The notes beneath the pieces are model-generated. The model saw nothing but the letters and a program-made list of their open reading frames with translations, was not told the DNA's origin and searched no databases. The position numbers and the translations under genes were made by a program. Positions 9,324-19,600 of a stretch of DNA of 64,000 nucleotides are shown piece after piece (positions within the stretch are counted from its first letter, which is position 1; each line of letters begins with the position of its first letter). Source of the DNA: an uncultured Thermoprotei archaeon (GTDB lineage: Archaea > Thermoproteota > Thermoprotei > Thermofilales > B15-G2). Location: assembly GCA_965367815.1 (NCBI GenBank), contig CBDUKN010000005.1, forward strand, positions 1 to 64,000. Direction: 5' to 3'.

Positions 9324-11275
9324 TCCGCTAGAGCTTTGATCATAGCTAATATTTGTTCTCTAGTAAAATGTATTTGCTCAATAGCTCCAGAGGGACAGGC
9401 TGCTGCACAAGATCCACATCCTTTGCAGAGAGCAGTATTTACTTTAGCTCTTCTCTCGCCGTTTTCCTCTACAATCTCGATCGCTCCAAATTCGCAGACT
9501 GTAGTGCATATTCCGCATCCACTGCATAGTTCTTTATCTACTTTTGCCACATAGGGCACGGTCTCTACGTATCCTTTACTTAGAAGCTCTACAGCTTTCA
9601 TTGCAGCAGATGAAGCTTGGGCTACAGTATCTGGTATGTCTTTAGGGCCTTGAGCGCAGCCGCATATAAAGACTCCTTCTACGGAGGTTTCTGCAGGTCT
9701 GAGCTTGGGGTGTACTTCTAGGAAGAAGCCATCGGGGCTCTGAGATAACTTTAATATGTCTCTTATCGCCTTAGAGCCGGGATTGGGTATAATACCCATC
9801 TCCAGTACCACTAAATCGACTTTAAGCACTACAACTTCGTCTAAAGAGGGGTCGTAGACATATACTTCGAGTTTTCCGTCAGAGGATTTATGGACTTCTG
9901 ATGCTCTGCCCCTAATGACTATTACTCCTTCAGACCTTATTCTCCTATAGAACTCTTCATAGCCTTTTCCGAAAGACCTTATTTCAGGAGCAATTACATA
10001 AATTTTCACATCGCCTACGCTGTGCCTTATGTACCACGCATGTTTAAGCGCGTTCATGCATCCTATGCGACAACAGTAGGGTAGATGTTTTTCGTCTCTT
10101 GAACCCGAGCAGGCAATAATAGCTACGCTCTCGGGCTCCTTATTTTTCCCTGGAACAAGTATTTTTCCTCGCGTAGGACCAAAAGAACTAGCTAATCTCT
10201 CTAGCTGGAGTCCTGTAATTACTTCAGGGAAGATTCCGTACCCGTATTCGGGGAGATTCCTAGGATCGTATTCTTCGTACCCTGTTGCAACTATTATTGC
10301 GCCTACTTCAAGCCCTACTATTTCGTCTTCCTGCTCGTAGTTTATCGCTCCAACAGGACATACTTTTTCACAGATTCTACAAATTCCTTTAGTGAAGTAT
10401 AAGCAGTGTTTAGTGTCAATAACGGGGACTCGGGGAACTGCTTGAGGAAACGGGACATATATTGCTTTTCGTACACCTAGACCTCTTTCGAATTCACTCG
10501 GAACTCTAGTAGGGCACTTCTCCATACAGAGAAGACATCCTGTGCACTTACTTTCATCTACTTTTCTAGCTTTTTTGCGTACTTTTACTTTAAAGTTTCC
10601 GACATATCCCTCTATGTCGATTACTTCAGAGTAAGTAAGTAAAGTGATGTTAGGATGATTAGCTACTTCGACCATGAGCGGGCCTAAAATACATATAGAG
10701 CAATCAAGTGTCGGGAACGTTTTATCTAGCTGCGCCATATGCCCTCCGAGCGAGGGCTCTTTCTCAACGAGATATACTTTGAATTCTGCTTTAGCTATGT
10801 CAAGCGCAGCAGTTATACCAGCGATACCTCCACCTATTACAAGAACAGCTTTTTTAACAGGTATTCTCTCGACTTCAACTTCCTCATAGAGCCTTACTTT
10901 AGCTACAGCAGCTTTAATTAGTCTTATTGCCTTAAGTGTAGCTTCCTCTTTTTCGTGCTCATGCACCCACGAACACTGGTCCCTAATATTGGCCATTTCG
11001 AGCTGAAAGGGATTCAGACCAGCTCTCTTCAATGCTTCCTGGAAAATAGGTTCGTGAGTTCTAGGAGAACATGCTGCTACTACAACTCTGTCAAGATTAT
11101 ATTTCTTGATGTCTTCTATTATTAACTGCTGGCCTTCGCTGGAACACATAAAAGGATAGTCTCTGCAGACGACTACGTCCTCTAGCTTCGATATTTCACT
11201 CACTACTTTCTTCACGTCGATTACTCCAGCTATATTTTTGCCACAATGACAAACATATACTCCTATTCTTAGCAC
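9320..11275 (-). CDS. hdrA: Heterodisulfide reductase subunit A (FAD, Fe-S)
   Basis: GVYVCHCG.NI, AACSP, NIRDQCSWVH, GGGIAG, KTFPTLDCSIC, two ferredoxin inserts, GPKDIPD. Confidence 0.95.
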   Translation of the reverse strand: MLRIGVYVCHCGKNIAGVIDVKKVVSEISKLEDVVVCRDYPFMCSSEGQQLIIEDIKKYNLDRVVVAACSPRTHEPIFQEALKRAGLNPFQLEMANIRDQCSWVHEHEKEEATLKAIRLIKAAVAKVRLYEEVEVERIPVKKAVLVIGGGIAGITAALDIAKAEFKVYLVEKEPSLGGHMAQLDKTFPTLDCSICILGPLMVEVANHPNITLLTYSEVIDIEGYVGNFKVKVRKKARKVDESKCTGCLLCMEKCPTRVPSEFERGLGVRKAIYVPFPQAVPRVPVIDTKHCLYFTKGICRICEKVCPVGAINYEQEDEIVGLEVGAIIVATGYEEYDPRNLPEYGYGIFPEVITGLQLERLASSFGPTRGKILVPGKNKEPESVAIIACSGSRDEKHLPYCCRIGCMNALKHAWYIRHSVGDVKIYVIAPEIRSFGKGYEEFYRRIRSEGVIVIRGRASEVHKSSDGKLEVYVYDPSLDEVVVLKVDLVVLEMGIIPNPGSKAIRDILKLSQSPDGFFLEVHPKLRPAETSVEGVFICGCAQGPKDIPDTVAQASSAAMKAVELLSKGYVETVPYVAKVDKELCSGCGICTTVCEFGAIEIVEENGERRAKVNTALCKGCGSCAAACPSGAIEQIHFTREQILAMIKALAE

Positions 11276-11381
11276 TGCTAAACTTAATGAACTTAAGTAT
11301 TAAATACTTGTTACAGATCTCAAGAGGCTAAAGGTAGTATACTGTGACAGAATTTAAGTAGGTCTCAATACTACAAAATAT

Positions 11382-12809
11382 GTGTTAAAAGTATACAATA
11401 CGCTAAGCAAAAAACTTGAGGAATTCAAGCCCCTAGAAGATAATTTAGTCAAAATATATGTCTGTGGTCCAACAGTGTATGACTACACACACATAGGTCA
11501 TGCTCGAACTTACATTTCATTTGATGTAATAGTTCGATACCTTAAGTACAAGGGATACAACGTCAAGTACGTAGTCAACATAACAGACATTGACGACAAG
11601 ATTATAAGGAGAGCAAGAGAGCTAGGAATTTCTCCACAAGAATTAGCCAGAAAATTCGAGAAAGAGTTTTTTGAAGATATGGAAGCCTTAGGTCTACTTA
11701 AAGCAGACTACTATCCCAGGGTAACAGACCACATAGAGGACATAATTAAGGTAGTTGAAAAATTGATTGAAAAAGGATACGCGTATGTAGTAAACGGCAA
11801 TGTCTACTACGATGTCACAAAGTTCCCTGACTACGGAAAATTATCAGGACAGACACTCGATCAAATAAAAGCTGGTGCAAGAATAGAGCCTGACCTGAAT
11901 AAAAAGCATCCAGCAGACTTTGCGCTCTGGAAAAAGGCTAAAGAAGGAGAGCCTTACTGGAATAGCCCGTGGGGACCAGGTAGACCTGGCTGGCATATAG
12001 AGTGTACTGTTATGTCTATGAAGTATTTAGGCGAGCAAATAGATATTCATGGAGGAGGAACAGATCTTATTTTCCCGCACCATGAAAATGAAATAGCTCA
12101 ATCTGAAGCTTACTCCGGCAAAAAACCTTTCGTAAAGTACTGGCTTCACACAGGATACTTAATGATTAAAGGAGAAAAAATGTCTAAATCGCTGGGCAAT
12201 ATCATACCTGTCAAAGATTTCTTATCGAAATATGAGCCCGATGTCCTGAGACTCCTTGTTCTCTCAGCCCACTATAGAAGCCCTATAAACTTTACTTGGG
12301 AAAAGGCCGAGCAAGCTAAAAGTTCTTTAGAAAGAATAAAAAGAACTATTGAGCGTTTAAGAAGAATAATGACGTATGAAAAGCTGCACATAGAAAATCT
12401 TTCTCTCGACGAGAAAGAAGTATATGAAAGGGTATGTGAACTTCGAAGAAAGTTTGAAGAAGCTATGGACGAAGACTTTAATACACCTAAAGCGCTAGCA
12501 GAAATCTTTGAGTTTATATCATATATTAATAGGAAAATAAATGAAAATAAAGTGCCGGGGCCTCTGGCAAGGTATGTTCACGACGTACTAATGGAGCTTC
12601 TAAACGTCTTTGGTCTTCTTCAGAAATTTGAGATAACTGGAGTTTCAGCTGAAGTAAAACCGTTTATAGAACTTTTAGTAAAAATTAGAGATAAGGCTAG
12701 GAAAAGGAAAGATTGGGAAACAGCCGACTATATTAGAGATGAACTCAGAAAACTAGGGGTTATTCTAGAAGACACACCTAAGGGAACTATCTGGAGACTA
12801 TCCAAATAG
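11382..12809 (+). CDS. cysS: Cysteine--tRNA ligase
   Basis: YVCGPTVYD, HIGH, GRPGWHIEC, FPHHENE, KMSKS. Confidence 0.97.
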   Translation: MLKVYNTLSKKLEEFKPLEDNLVKIYVCGPTVYDYTHIGHARTYISFDVIVRYLKYKGYNVKYVVNITDIDDKIIRRARELGISPQELARKFEKEFFEDMEALGLLKADYYPRVTDHIEDIIKVVEKLIEKGYAYVVNGNVYYDVTKFPDYGKLSGQTLDQIKAGARIEPDLNKKHPADFALWKKAKEGEPYWNSPWGPGRPGWHIECTVMSMKYLGEQIDIHGGGTDLIFPHHENEIAQSEAYSGKKPFVKYWLHTGYLMIKGEKMSKSLGNIIPVKDFLSKYEPDVLRLLVLSAHYRSPINFTWEKAEQAKSSLERIKRTIERLRRIMTYEKLHIENLSLDEKEVYERVCELRRKFEEAMDEDFNTPKALAEIFEFISYINRKINENKVPGPLARYVHDVLMELLNVFGLLQKFEITGVSAEVKPFIELLVKIRDKARKRKDWETADYIRDELRKLGVILEDTPKGTIWRLSK

Positions 12810-12902
12810 ATTCGTGTTATAGCTGAAAAAACTATTTATAAAAATTTTCATTGAAGAAAAATTTCTTTTTGTTAAAAACGATGTAAATAAATTTGTGCAA
12901 TC

Positions 12903-12919
12903 GCAGAAAAATATATATA
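12903..12919 (+). promoter_or_regulatory. Putative BRE/TATA for the aromatic-rich small-protein cluster
   Basis: GCAGAAAA ATATATATA about 35-40 nt upstream of ATG 12954. Confidence 0.4.
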
Positions 12920-12953
12920 GTTTTTCCCTAGATAGGTATCTTGGAATGAGAGT

Positions 12954-13223
12954 ATGTGGAGCCCAGGATGGGGTAGAGGATGGGGTAGAGGGGGTTGGTG
13001 GGGCCCATGGCCAGGTAGAGGCCCCTTCAGTCACTTACCGCCCTGGCTAAGGCCAGGCTGGCTATTTGGTAGAGGCGCCTGCAGATGGCTATTTCCATGG
13101 CTATTCGGCTACGGCTGGTACCCCTACTACTTCCCAGCACCATACTACTATCCATACTACATACCACAGTACTATTACATGTACTACTATGTTCCATGGG
13201 CATATTACTACCCTTGGTGGTGA
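12954..13223 (+). CDS. Trp/Gly/Arg- then Tyr/Pro-rich small protein (DUF5320-like N-terminal motif)
   Basis: GWGRGWGRGGWWGPWPGRGPFSHLPPWLRPGWLFGRGAC followed by a poly-Tyr/Pro tail; strongly biased TAC codon use. Confidence 0.75.
   Translation: MWSPGWGRGWGRGGWWGPWPGRGPFSHLPPWLRPGWLFGRGACRWLFPWLFGYGWYPYYFPAPYYYPYYIPQYYYMYYYVPWAYYYPWW
12966..12989 (+). repeat. 12-bp tandem repeat GGATGGGGTAGA x2 (encodes GWGR)
   Basis: Exact tandem duplication inside the CDS. Confidence 0.7.
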
Positions 13224-13229
13224 TGCAGT

Positions 13230-13454
13230 ATGTTCCCCTACTACTGGTACAGTAGATACTATTACCCATTTCCAGTGATGCCAGCGATTCCACCAGATCC
13301 TATGGCCTTACTTTACATGTGGCCATATCTATGGCTATGGTACATGTCAATGATGTACTACATAGAGCTATATAAAATAACAATAGACATGTGGAGAAAG
13401 TGGGCTGAATCAGCGTTTAAATACATGTCTCCAACTACAAGTGGAACCAGCTAG
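13230..13454 (+). CDS. Tyr/Met/Trp/Pro-rich small protein
   Basis: 74-aa ORF starting 6 nt after the previous stop, preceded by GGTGA; composition similar to neighbours. Confidence 0.65.
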   Translation: MFPYYWYSRYYYPFPVMPAIPPDPMALLYMWPYLWLWYMSMMYYIELYKITIDMWRKWAESAFKYMSPTTSGTS

Positions 13455-13535
13455 CATTTCATTTAAATGTTTTTAAAAGAAAATATTTTTTAGCATATAC
13501 ACAAAATTTATTTTCCTCTTAACACCTTATATATA

Positions 13536-13883
13536 GTGGTTAGTATGCAGTGGAGACGTAGAATATGGAGATACTGGAGATATTTCCCGCCCCCTATGCC
13601 AATGTACTACTACTATCCGCCGCCCCCACCGCCTCAACAGCAGGCTCAAACACAGCCTCAGCAGGCTCAACAAACTTCAGCTCCGCAGACCCCGCCATAC
13701 TATCCTCCGCCCTACTTTATGTTTCCGCCTCCGCCTTCACCATATCCAATGACTCCTGAGGAAGAGCTAGAGTTCCTAGAAGAATACAGGAAAGCACTAG
13801 AGGAAGATCTAAGAGATCTTCAAGAAGAGCTAGAAAGCGTTAACGCTAGAATAAGAGAATTGAGGGAGAAGTTAGGTAAATAA
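13536..13883 (+). CDS. Pro/Tyr/Gln-rich protein with C-terminal acidic coiled coil (DUF5320-like C-terminus)
   Basis: YYYYPPPPPPQQQ...; PEEELEFLEEYRKALEEDLRDLQEELESVNARIRELREKL heptad pattern. Confidence 0.75.
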   Translation: MVSMQWRRRIWRYWRYFPPPMPMYYYYPPPPPPQQQAQTQPQQAQQTSAPQTPPYYPPPYFMFPPPPSPYPMTPEEELEFLEEYRKALEEDLRDLQEELESVNARIRELREKLGK

Positions 13884-13902
13884 TATTATTAGAGGTGATT
13901 TT

Positions 13903-14100
13903 TTGTCTTCTGAAGTCAAGAGATTTAAGTGTTTTGCTTGTGGACGTGAAATAACAGTACCTTATGGTGTCCCTAAGCCTGCTTACTGTCCTTATTGTGG
14001 AGCCCCGGAAGCAATGATACACAGACTTGATAAGGGACCGCACAGAAGAGGTAGAGGCAGAGGGGGGCCTCCTTGGGCGAAGAAGGGAGAAGAGTTTTAG
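13903..14100 (+). CDS. Zinc-ribbon/rubredoxin-like small protein with RGRGRGG tail
   Basis: CFACG...CPYCG; GAGGTGA Shine-Dalgarno-like site upstream. Confidence 0.75.
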   Translation: MSSEVKRFKCFACGREITVPYGVPKPAYCPYCGAPEAMIHRLDKGPHRRGRGRGGPPWAKKGEEF

Positions 14101-14891
14101 ATGAAATAGAAAAGAAATTGAGCAATATAACCTATAAAGTAATGGTTATAAGCGGAAAGGGAGGGGTGGGTAAAAGTTTCATTACAGCAAACCTCGCGCT
14201 CTGCACTGCGCTCATGGGCTACAAAGTTGCTGTTCTTGACGCTGATATACATGGACCGTCGATACCTAAAATACTAGGAGTCCACGGTAAGCGGTTCTCT
14301 GTAATATCTTCGGGAATAGTGCCTGTGCCAGGGCCTATGGGCATTAAAGTTGTCTCAATGGACTTTCTCCTTCCTTCAGAAGAAACTCCTGTCATTTGGA
14401 GAGGCCCGCTCAAATTCGCCGCCATTAGAGATTTTCTTTCTAAAGTAGAGTGGGGATACGCCGATTTCCTTTATATAGACCTTCCTCCAGGAACAGGTGA
14501 CGAGCCGCTTTCAGTAGCTCAGCTAATTGGAAGCTTAAATGGCGCTGTCGTTGTAACAATGCCATCAGACTTGAGCCTACTAGTAGTAAAGAAGGCCGTG
14601 TCCTTTGCTCAGAAAGTAGGTGTAAGAGTATTGGGCATTGTAGAAAATATGAGCGGTTTTACTTGTCCTTCATGCGGAAAAACATACTATGTTTTCGGAA
14701 AAGGTGCCGGAGAGAAAATAGCTAAGGAAATGAATGTACCTTATCTAGGTTCAGTACCCATCGACCCGAGGATCTCTGAGGCATGCGACAGGGGAGAACC
14801 CTTTGTCATAAAGTATTCTGATGCACCTGCAGCTAAAGCGCTAATGGATATTACGAGAAAAATTATTGAGTCTTTGAAAAAGTCTGTCTAA
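14073..14891 (+). CDS. mrp: Mrp/ApbC/Nbp35 Fe-S cluster carrier ATPase
   Basis: SGKGGVGKS, DADIHGPS, PVIWRGP, DLPPGTGD, ENMS.F.CPSC. Confidence 0.92.
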   Translation: MGEEGRRVLDEIEKKLSNITYKVMVISGKGGVGKSFITANLALCTALMGYKVAVLDADIHGPSIPKILGVHGKRFSVISSGIVPVPGPMGIKVVSMDFLLPSEETPVIWRGPLKFAAIRDFLSKVEWGYADFLYIDLPPGTGDEPLSVAQLIGSLNGAVVVTMPSDLSLLVVKKAVSFAQKVGVRVLGIVENMSGFTCPSCGKTYYVFGKGAGEKIAKEMNVPYLGSVPIDPRISEACDRGEPFVIKYSDAPAAKALMDITRKIIESLKKSV

Positions 14892-15004
14892 TTGTTTCAG
14901 TTAAAGTCTTTTTCTTGAAATTTATTATACTTAGATTTTTATACGAGATACGAGATTTTAGTTACTTGTAGTTATTCGCTATCAGCGATTACTGAGGGAT
15001 AATT

Positions 15005-15355
15005 ATGTGGTGCTGGCGTCACGGAAGAAGAGGACCTGGAAGACCAATGAAGCCTCGGTTCATTTCAACTTACCTAGGCGGCGTGAAATTTGTTCCAATT
15101 AGAGAAGACGGATGTATTGTTGAAGCTCCTCCGATAGTAATGCTTCCTGACGAACTAGAAGCCTTTAAACTAGTCTACTTAGACGGCTTATCGCAGGAGG
15201 AAGCAGCCAAAAGAATGGGTGTCTCTAGAGGGACTCTCTGGAGATGCTTAAGTAACGCTAGAAGAAAACTCGCTAGAATGCTTGTCGAAATGCGGCCCCT
15301 AGTAATTACTTGGAGCGGTGAGGAGTATGGAAGAGACTCTGCTGGGCAGTATTGA
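15005..15355 (+). CDS. DUF134 family HTH protein
   Basis: GRP.KPR.I, ELEA..L....GLSQEEAAKRMGVSRGT.WR.L..AR.K. Confidence 0.88.
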   Translation: MWCWRHGRRGPGRPMKPRFISTYLGGVKFVPIREDGCIVEAPPIVMLPDELEAFKLVYLDGLSQEEAAKRMGVSRGTLWRCLSNARRKLARMLVEMRPLVITWSGEEYGRDSAGQY

Positions 15356-16664
15356 GTGGAGTCTGCTACTAAAACTCATAATAGCTTTTGCTACTGGAGC
15401 ACTTATAGGAACAGAGAGAGAAAAAGCTAGGCTTGAGAAAAAGGAAGAAGATACAGCTGTTTTTCCTGGAGTCCGAAGCTTTGGTCTAATGAGTATTCTT
15501 GGTGCACTATCAATATGTCTCGTAAAGTTCTTTCCTAATGAAGGATTATCTCTAGTTGTAGTAGGTTCTATGTTTATTGTCTCTATATTGATTTTAGCTA
15601 GCTTTACTCTCTACAGGATATATCATGCTAAAGAACATGGTATAACCACGCCTATAGCTCTCGCCTTAGCTTATTTACTGGGAGTTCTTGTCGGAATAGG
15701 TCTTTTGCTCGAAGCAATAGCTATATCCATATTTGTTACCTTTGTTTTAGCAATAAAGCTTAGTGTAGAGAGAGCGCTACGCGGAATAACTTACAAAGAG
15801 CTTTTATCAGCACTACAAATAGGTATAATGGTGTTCCTACTCGGCCCCTTTGTTTTTACACAAGAGCTAACAGACCCTGTTTTTCACGTAATTAGCTTTA
15901 GAACGCTCTACATATTCTTCGTAGTTATTCTCTGTATATCATATTTAAGTTACATGGTACTCAAGCTCAAGAGAAAAGGAGGGCTCGAAATAGTTTCTTT
16001 CTTTGGAGGGCTAGTCAACAGCGAAGCTACAATAGTTTCTTTCACTAGACTTTGCTTTAAGCTATCTGTAGAAAATACTCTGCCTATAGTAGCTAAAGGT
16101 GTTGTTTTAGCTAACTTGGCTATGGTTGCGAGAAACCTCTTTCTCCTAATAATATTCTACTCTATTCTAAAGGTAGGTGTCAGCGATATATGGTACTTCA
16201 CTTTCCTCGGGTTTTTGGCATCACTTCTGACAGGATATGCTACGATAGCTCTAGTGTCTAGAAAGGAAAGTGAGATAGAGCTTGAAGAAGCTCTTGAATC
16301 TCCACTAAGCTATAGAATTGCATTTAAAGCATGTGTTATTTTCTTAGTAGTACTGACTGCTACAACTTTGGCTGTAAAACACTTAGGTGAAATAGGAGTG
16401 CTTGCAATGGGAGGTCTTGGAGGAATAGCTAGCACTACAGCCGTGATATTTACTATACTTTCGCTAATAGAGAGCAAGAGCATAGACTTGTCTGCAGGGC
16501 TTGCAGCAATACTGCTGTCTACAGCTACTGCTATATTAAACAAGTTTATCTACTTGAAAGCTCTAAGAGCGCCTAAAGTACTTATAAAGGATCTAGGCTG
16601 GAGGCTCCTATTTATGTCTATACCGCTATTCTTGACAAGTATACTGCTAGTTATGGGGACTTAG
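15327..16664 (+). CDS. MgtC/SapB-DUF4010 membrane protein
   Basis: GALIG.ERE, G.RSF, GITT, GGL.NS.A, multiple TM helices; ATG 15327 after GGTGAGG. Confidence 0.8.
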   Translation: MEETLLGSIEWSLLLKLIIAFATGALIGTEREKARLEKKEEDTAVFPGVRSFGLMSILGALSICLVKFFPNEGLSLVVVGSMFIVSILILASFTLYRIYHAKEHGITTPIALALAYLLGVLVGIGLLLEAIAISIFVTFVLAIKLSVERALRGITYKELLSALQIGIMVFLLGPFVFTQELTDPVFHVISFRTLYIFFVVILCISYLSYMVLKLKRKGGLEIVSFFGGLVNSEATIVSFTRLCFKLSVENTLPIVAKGVVLANLAMVARNLFLLIIFYSILKVGVSDIWYFTFLGFLASLLTGYATIALVSRKESEIELEEALESPLSYRIAFKACVIFLVVLTATTLAVKHLGEIGVLAMGGLGGIASTTAVIFTILSLIESKSIDLSAGLAAILLSTATAILNKFIYLKALRAPKVLIKDLGWRLLFMSIPLFLTSILLVMGT

Positions 16665-19600
16665 AAATATCTCTGCCGCTTATCATTAAGATCTCGTTGA
16701 ATAATTCTCTTAATACACTCTGGTAGTCTTTTTCTCCTTTTTCAATGAGATCCATTAATTCTTCTAATTTACGTGTCCTTTCTTCACAAACTAGTGGGCC
16801 GTAGTTTTTCATTAAGTAGTCATATACGTCTCTTCCAAGCTTTGTGATAATGAGGTATCCTCTTTTCATTGATTTAACGTACTTCCTCTCGACAAGTGTC
16901 TGCACTATTTTAGCATATGTTGAGGGTCGTCCAATACCTCTTTCTTTCATCAATCTTACTATATCTCCTTGAGTATACAGTGGTACTAGGTACTTGGAGT
17001 AAGTTTTAATGTCTACTATCGAGTATTCTCCTGGCTCAATTCTGCTCTCTGGGTAAATAGGAAGTATTTCGGTGAATCCTTTCTCCTTTACTTCAATTAT
17101 TCTCTCTAGCTCTCTTTGAGCTCCAGCAAACTTTACTCTAATTTTCTGTTTCACTACACGAGCTGGAATCATTTGGCTCGCGATAAATCTTCTGAAGATT
17201 AAGTTGTATAAGGCTAAGTGTCTACGAGTTATCCTAATAGGTGTAAAGATAGCCTCCTCTGCTAATAGTTCTCTTAGTCTCTCAGCATCTATAGGTCTAG
17301 TAGGTCTAATACACTCGTGTGCTCCTGCTTTACCCCAAGTTCTCGGTTTATAGAGTTTTCCTCCTCTTTCTCCAAATTCTTCTACAAGATACTCTTTTGC
17401 TATAGCTTGGCCTACAGCAGATACTCTTGTACTGTCTGTTCTGTGGTAAGTTATTAGACCGCTTTCGAAAAGTTCTTGAGCTAACTGCATTGTTTGAGGT
17501 GCAGTAAAGCCTAGTTGCCTTGAAGCTTCAGTTATAAGAGAATCTGTGGTGAATGGGGGAGGGGGCTGTAGCTCTACTTCACTTACTTCTATTTCTTCTA
17601 TTGAAGCCTTTTCTTTCTTTAACTGTTCTACGCGTACAAGTATTTCGTTTTTAGCAAACTCTAGTCTTAGTCCGTTCTCAAGGGTTATTGCATATACTCT
17701 TGTGTAGCTCTTGTTGTGTTCTTCAGTACGCTCTTTAATCCAGCCTAGTACAGGAGTCTGTACTCTTCCTGCAGAAAGCCACTTCAGCTTGAAGTGTTCC
17801 CAGAGCTTAGGGCTTAACTCGTATCCTATCCATCTGTCTTCTATTCTACGTACTAACTGTGCTCTAACTAAGTGGATGTTGAGGTCTCTCGGATTCTTTA
17901 TAGCTTCCTCGATAGCTCTTCGAGTTACTTCATGGAATTCTATTCTCTTGACTACTTTAGCGTAGGGAGCGAGCACTGCTGATAGATCCCATGCTATTTT
18001 TTCTCCTTCTGTATCGGGGTCTGTTCCCACTAGAACTAAGTCGACTTCTCTAGCAATATCTCTCAATATATTGACTATAGTTATTTTGTCTAGTGCCTCT
18101 CCGCCACAGTGGGGGCAGCGCGCATCTTTCCTCGGGTCTACGAACTGGAAACCGCACTTAGTGCACTTCTTTAATGTAGCGTAGTAGGGGTAGAAGAATT
18201 TCTCTCCATTTACTTCCTCGATTAGTATTCCGTGGAAGTGATACCTGTCTCCTAGAACTGCCTCAGGAATTGACAGTAAGTCGAATACGTGACCCATAGA
18301 GGAAGCTATCATGAGAGTCCACGGTCCTGTAGATACTTCATATACCTTGAGTCCCTTGTAGACTCTCGCGGAAGGCCTTCCGAAGAAGTTTGCTATAGTT
18401 TTGGCTTTTGTAGGCGACTCTACTACAAGCAATGCTGTTTTAGACAAGTCTTTGAGCTCTCCTCTTATTTTGCCTTCTCTAATGAGCTTTACTTGAAGCC
18501 TATCCTTGTCTATTTCCTCTATCAATTCATCTACATCTATTTCGTCTAAAGAAGCCCATGTAGTTTCAGCTATCCAGCGGCTTCTCTTAATTAGTCCATT
18601 CAATAGAGGCTTATAGTCGACAACTACTATTGATGCACCCTTAGTTAGTCCGCCTACGAAGAGCCTAGAAGTTCTACCACTTGCTTGAAGATAAGTCATT
18701 ATGTCCGGTATAAGTACGTACTTTCTTCCGTTCTCCTCTATGAAAACTACTTCTCCGCTTTCTTTCAGCCTTTCGACAACATCAGGTCTAGAGAGCAGAG
18801 ATTTAGTGTACTCTAGGGCTTTCATGAATTCTTTCTCTAGGAAAGTTTCCACTGGTTTTTCTCCTGAAAGTGCTTTCTGAAGCTGAGTGAGAGCAGCTAT
18901 GCTGCTTGTCTGTAGTCTACGCCTAAGTCTAGCTAAGAGAGCTTCTACTTCTTGCCGCTCTTTTTCCTCTACGGCGTCTCTCAAGTAAGCTAGAAGCCTG
19001 AGTATGCCTATAGCTGAGACTTCTTCAAGCATTGAGCTGAACTTAAATCTAGGTACTCCGGCGAAAACAGCATATCTAATTATTTCAGGTAAATCGAGTC
19101 CTCTTACGAGTATACCGTAGTATGTGGCTACACCTACTAGCACGTCTAGTTCTCCTTTCATGAATTTCTCTAGAGCGCCTCGCGCCTTAGCGTGAGCTGC
19201 TGCAGCCTTAATGCCGTTTTCCGAAAGATACTCTGCCAGCTTCTCAGCATACTCTATACCCTTATCTACTGGTACGTAAACTAGACCTCCTTTACCGAAC
19301 TTCTTTACTATTTCTAGGACTTTTTTCTCAACAGAGTTTTCTGGGAAAACATAAATATCTTGAATATTCCTTAGAGTCTCTGATCTACTACCTATATCAA
19401 ATGATAGGAGTTCTCTGAAGAGCTTTACTCTAAGTCCTCTAGGCCTACCAGTAGCCGTCGAAACTACTAAAACTCCTCTAACTTTCTTCTTTTCTTTCTC
19501 AATTATTTTCTCTACTTCTTCGAGCTCTTTAAGCACCTTTTCTATTTCCTCTCTATTCCTGTACACGTAGAGTCTCGCTAGCCTTATTTTCAGCTTGACA

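Noticed and set aside
6697-11275. Selenocysteine recoding in hdrA/mvh genes
   Set aside because: All ORFs are continuous with Cys at the ligand positions; no in-frame TGA.
13027-13293. Alternative-frame and antisense ORFs over the Tyr-rich genes
   Set aside because: By-products of TAC-repeat low complexity; the main frame carries the conserved-looking motif.
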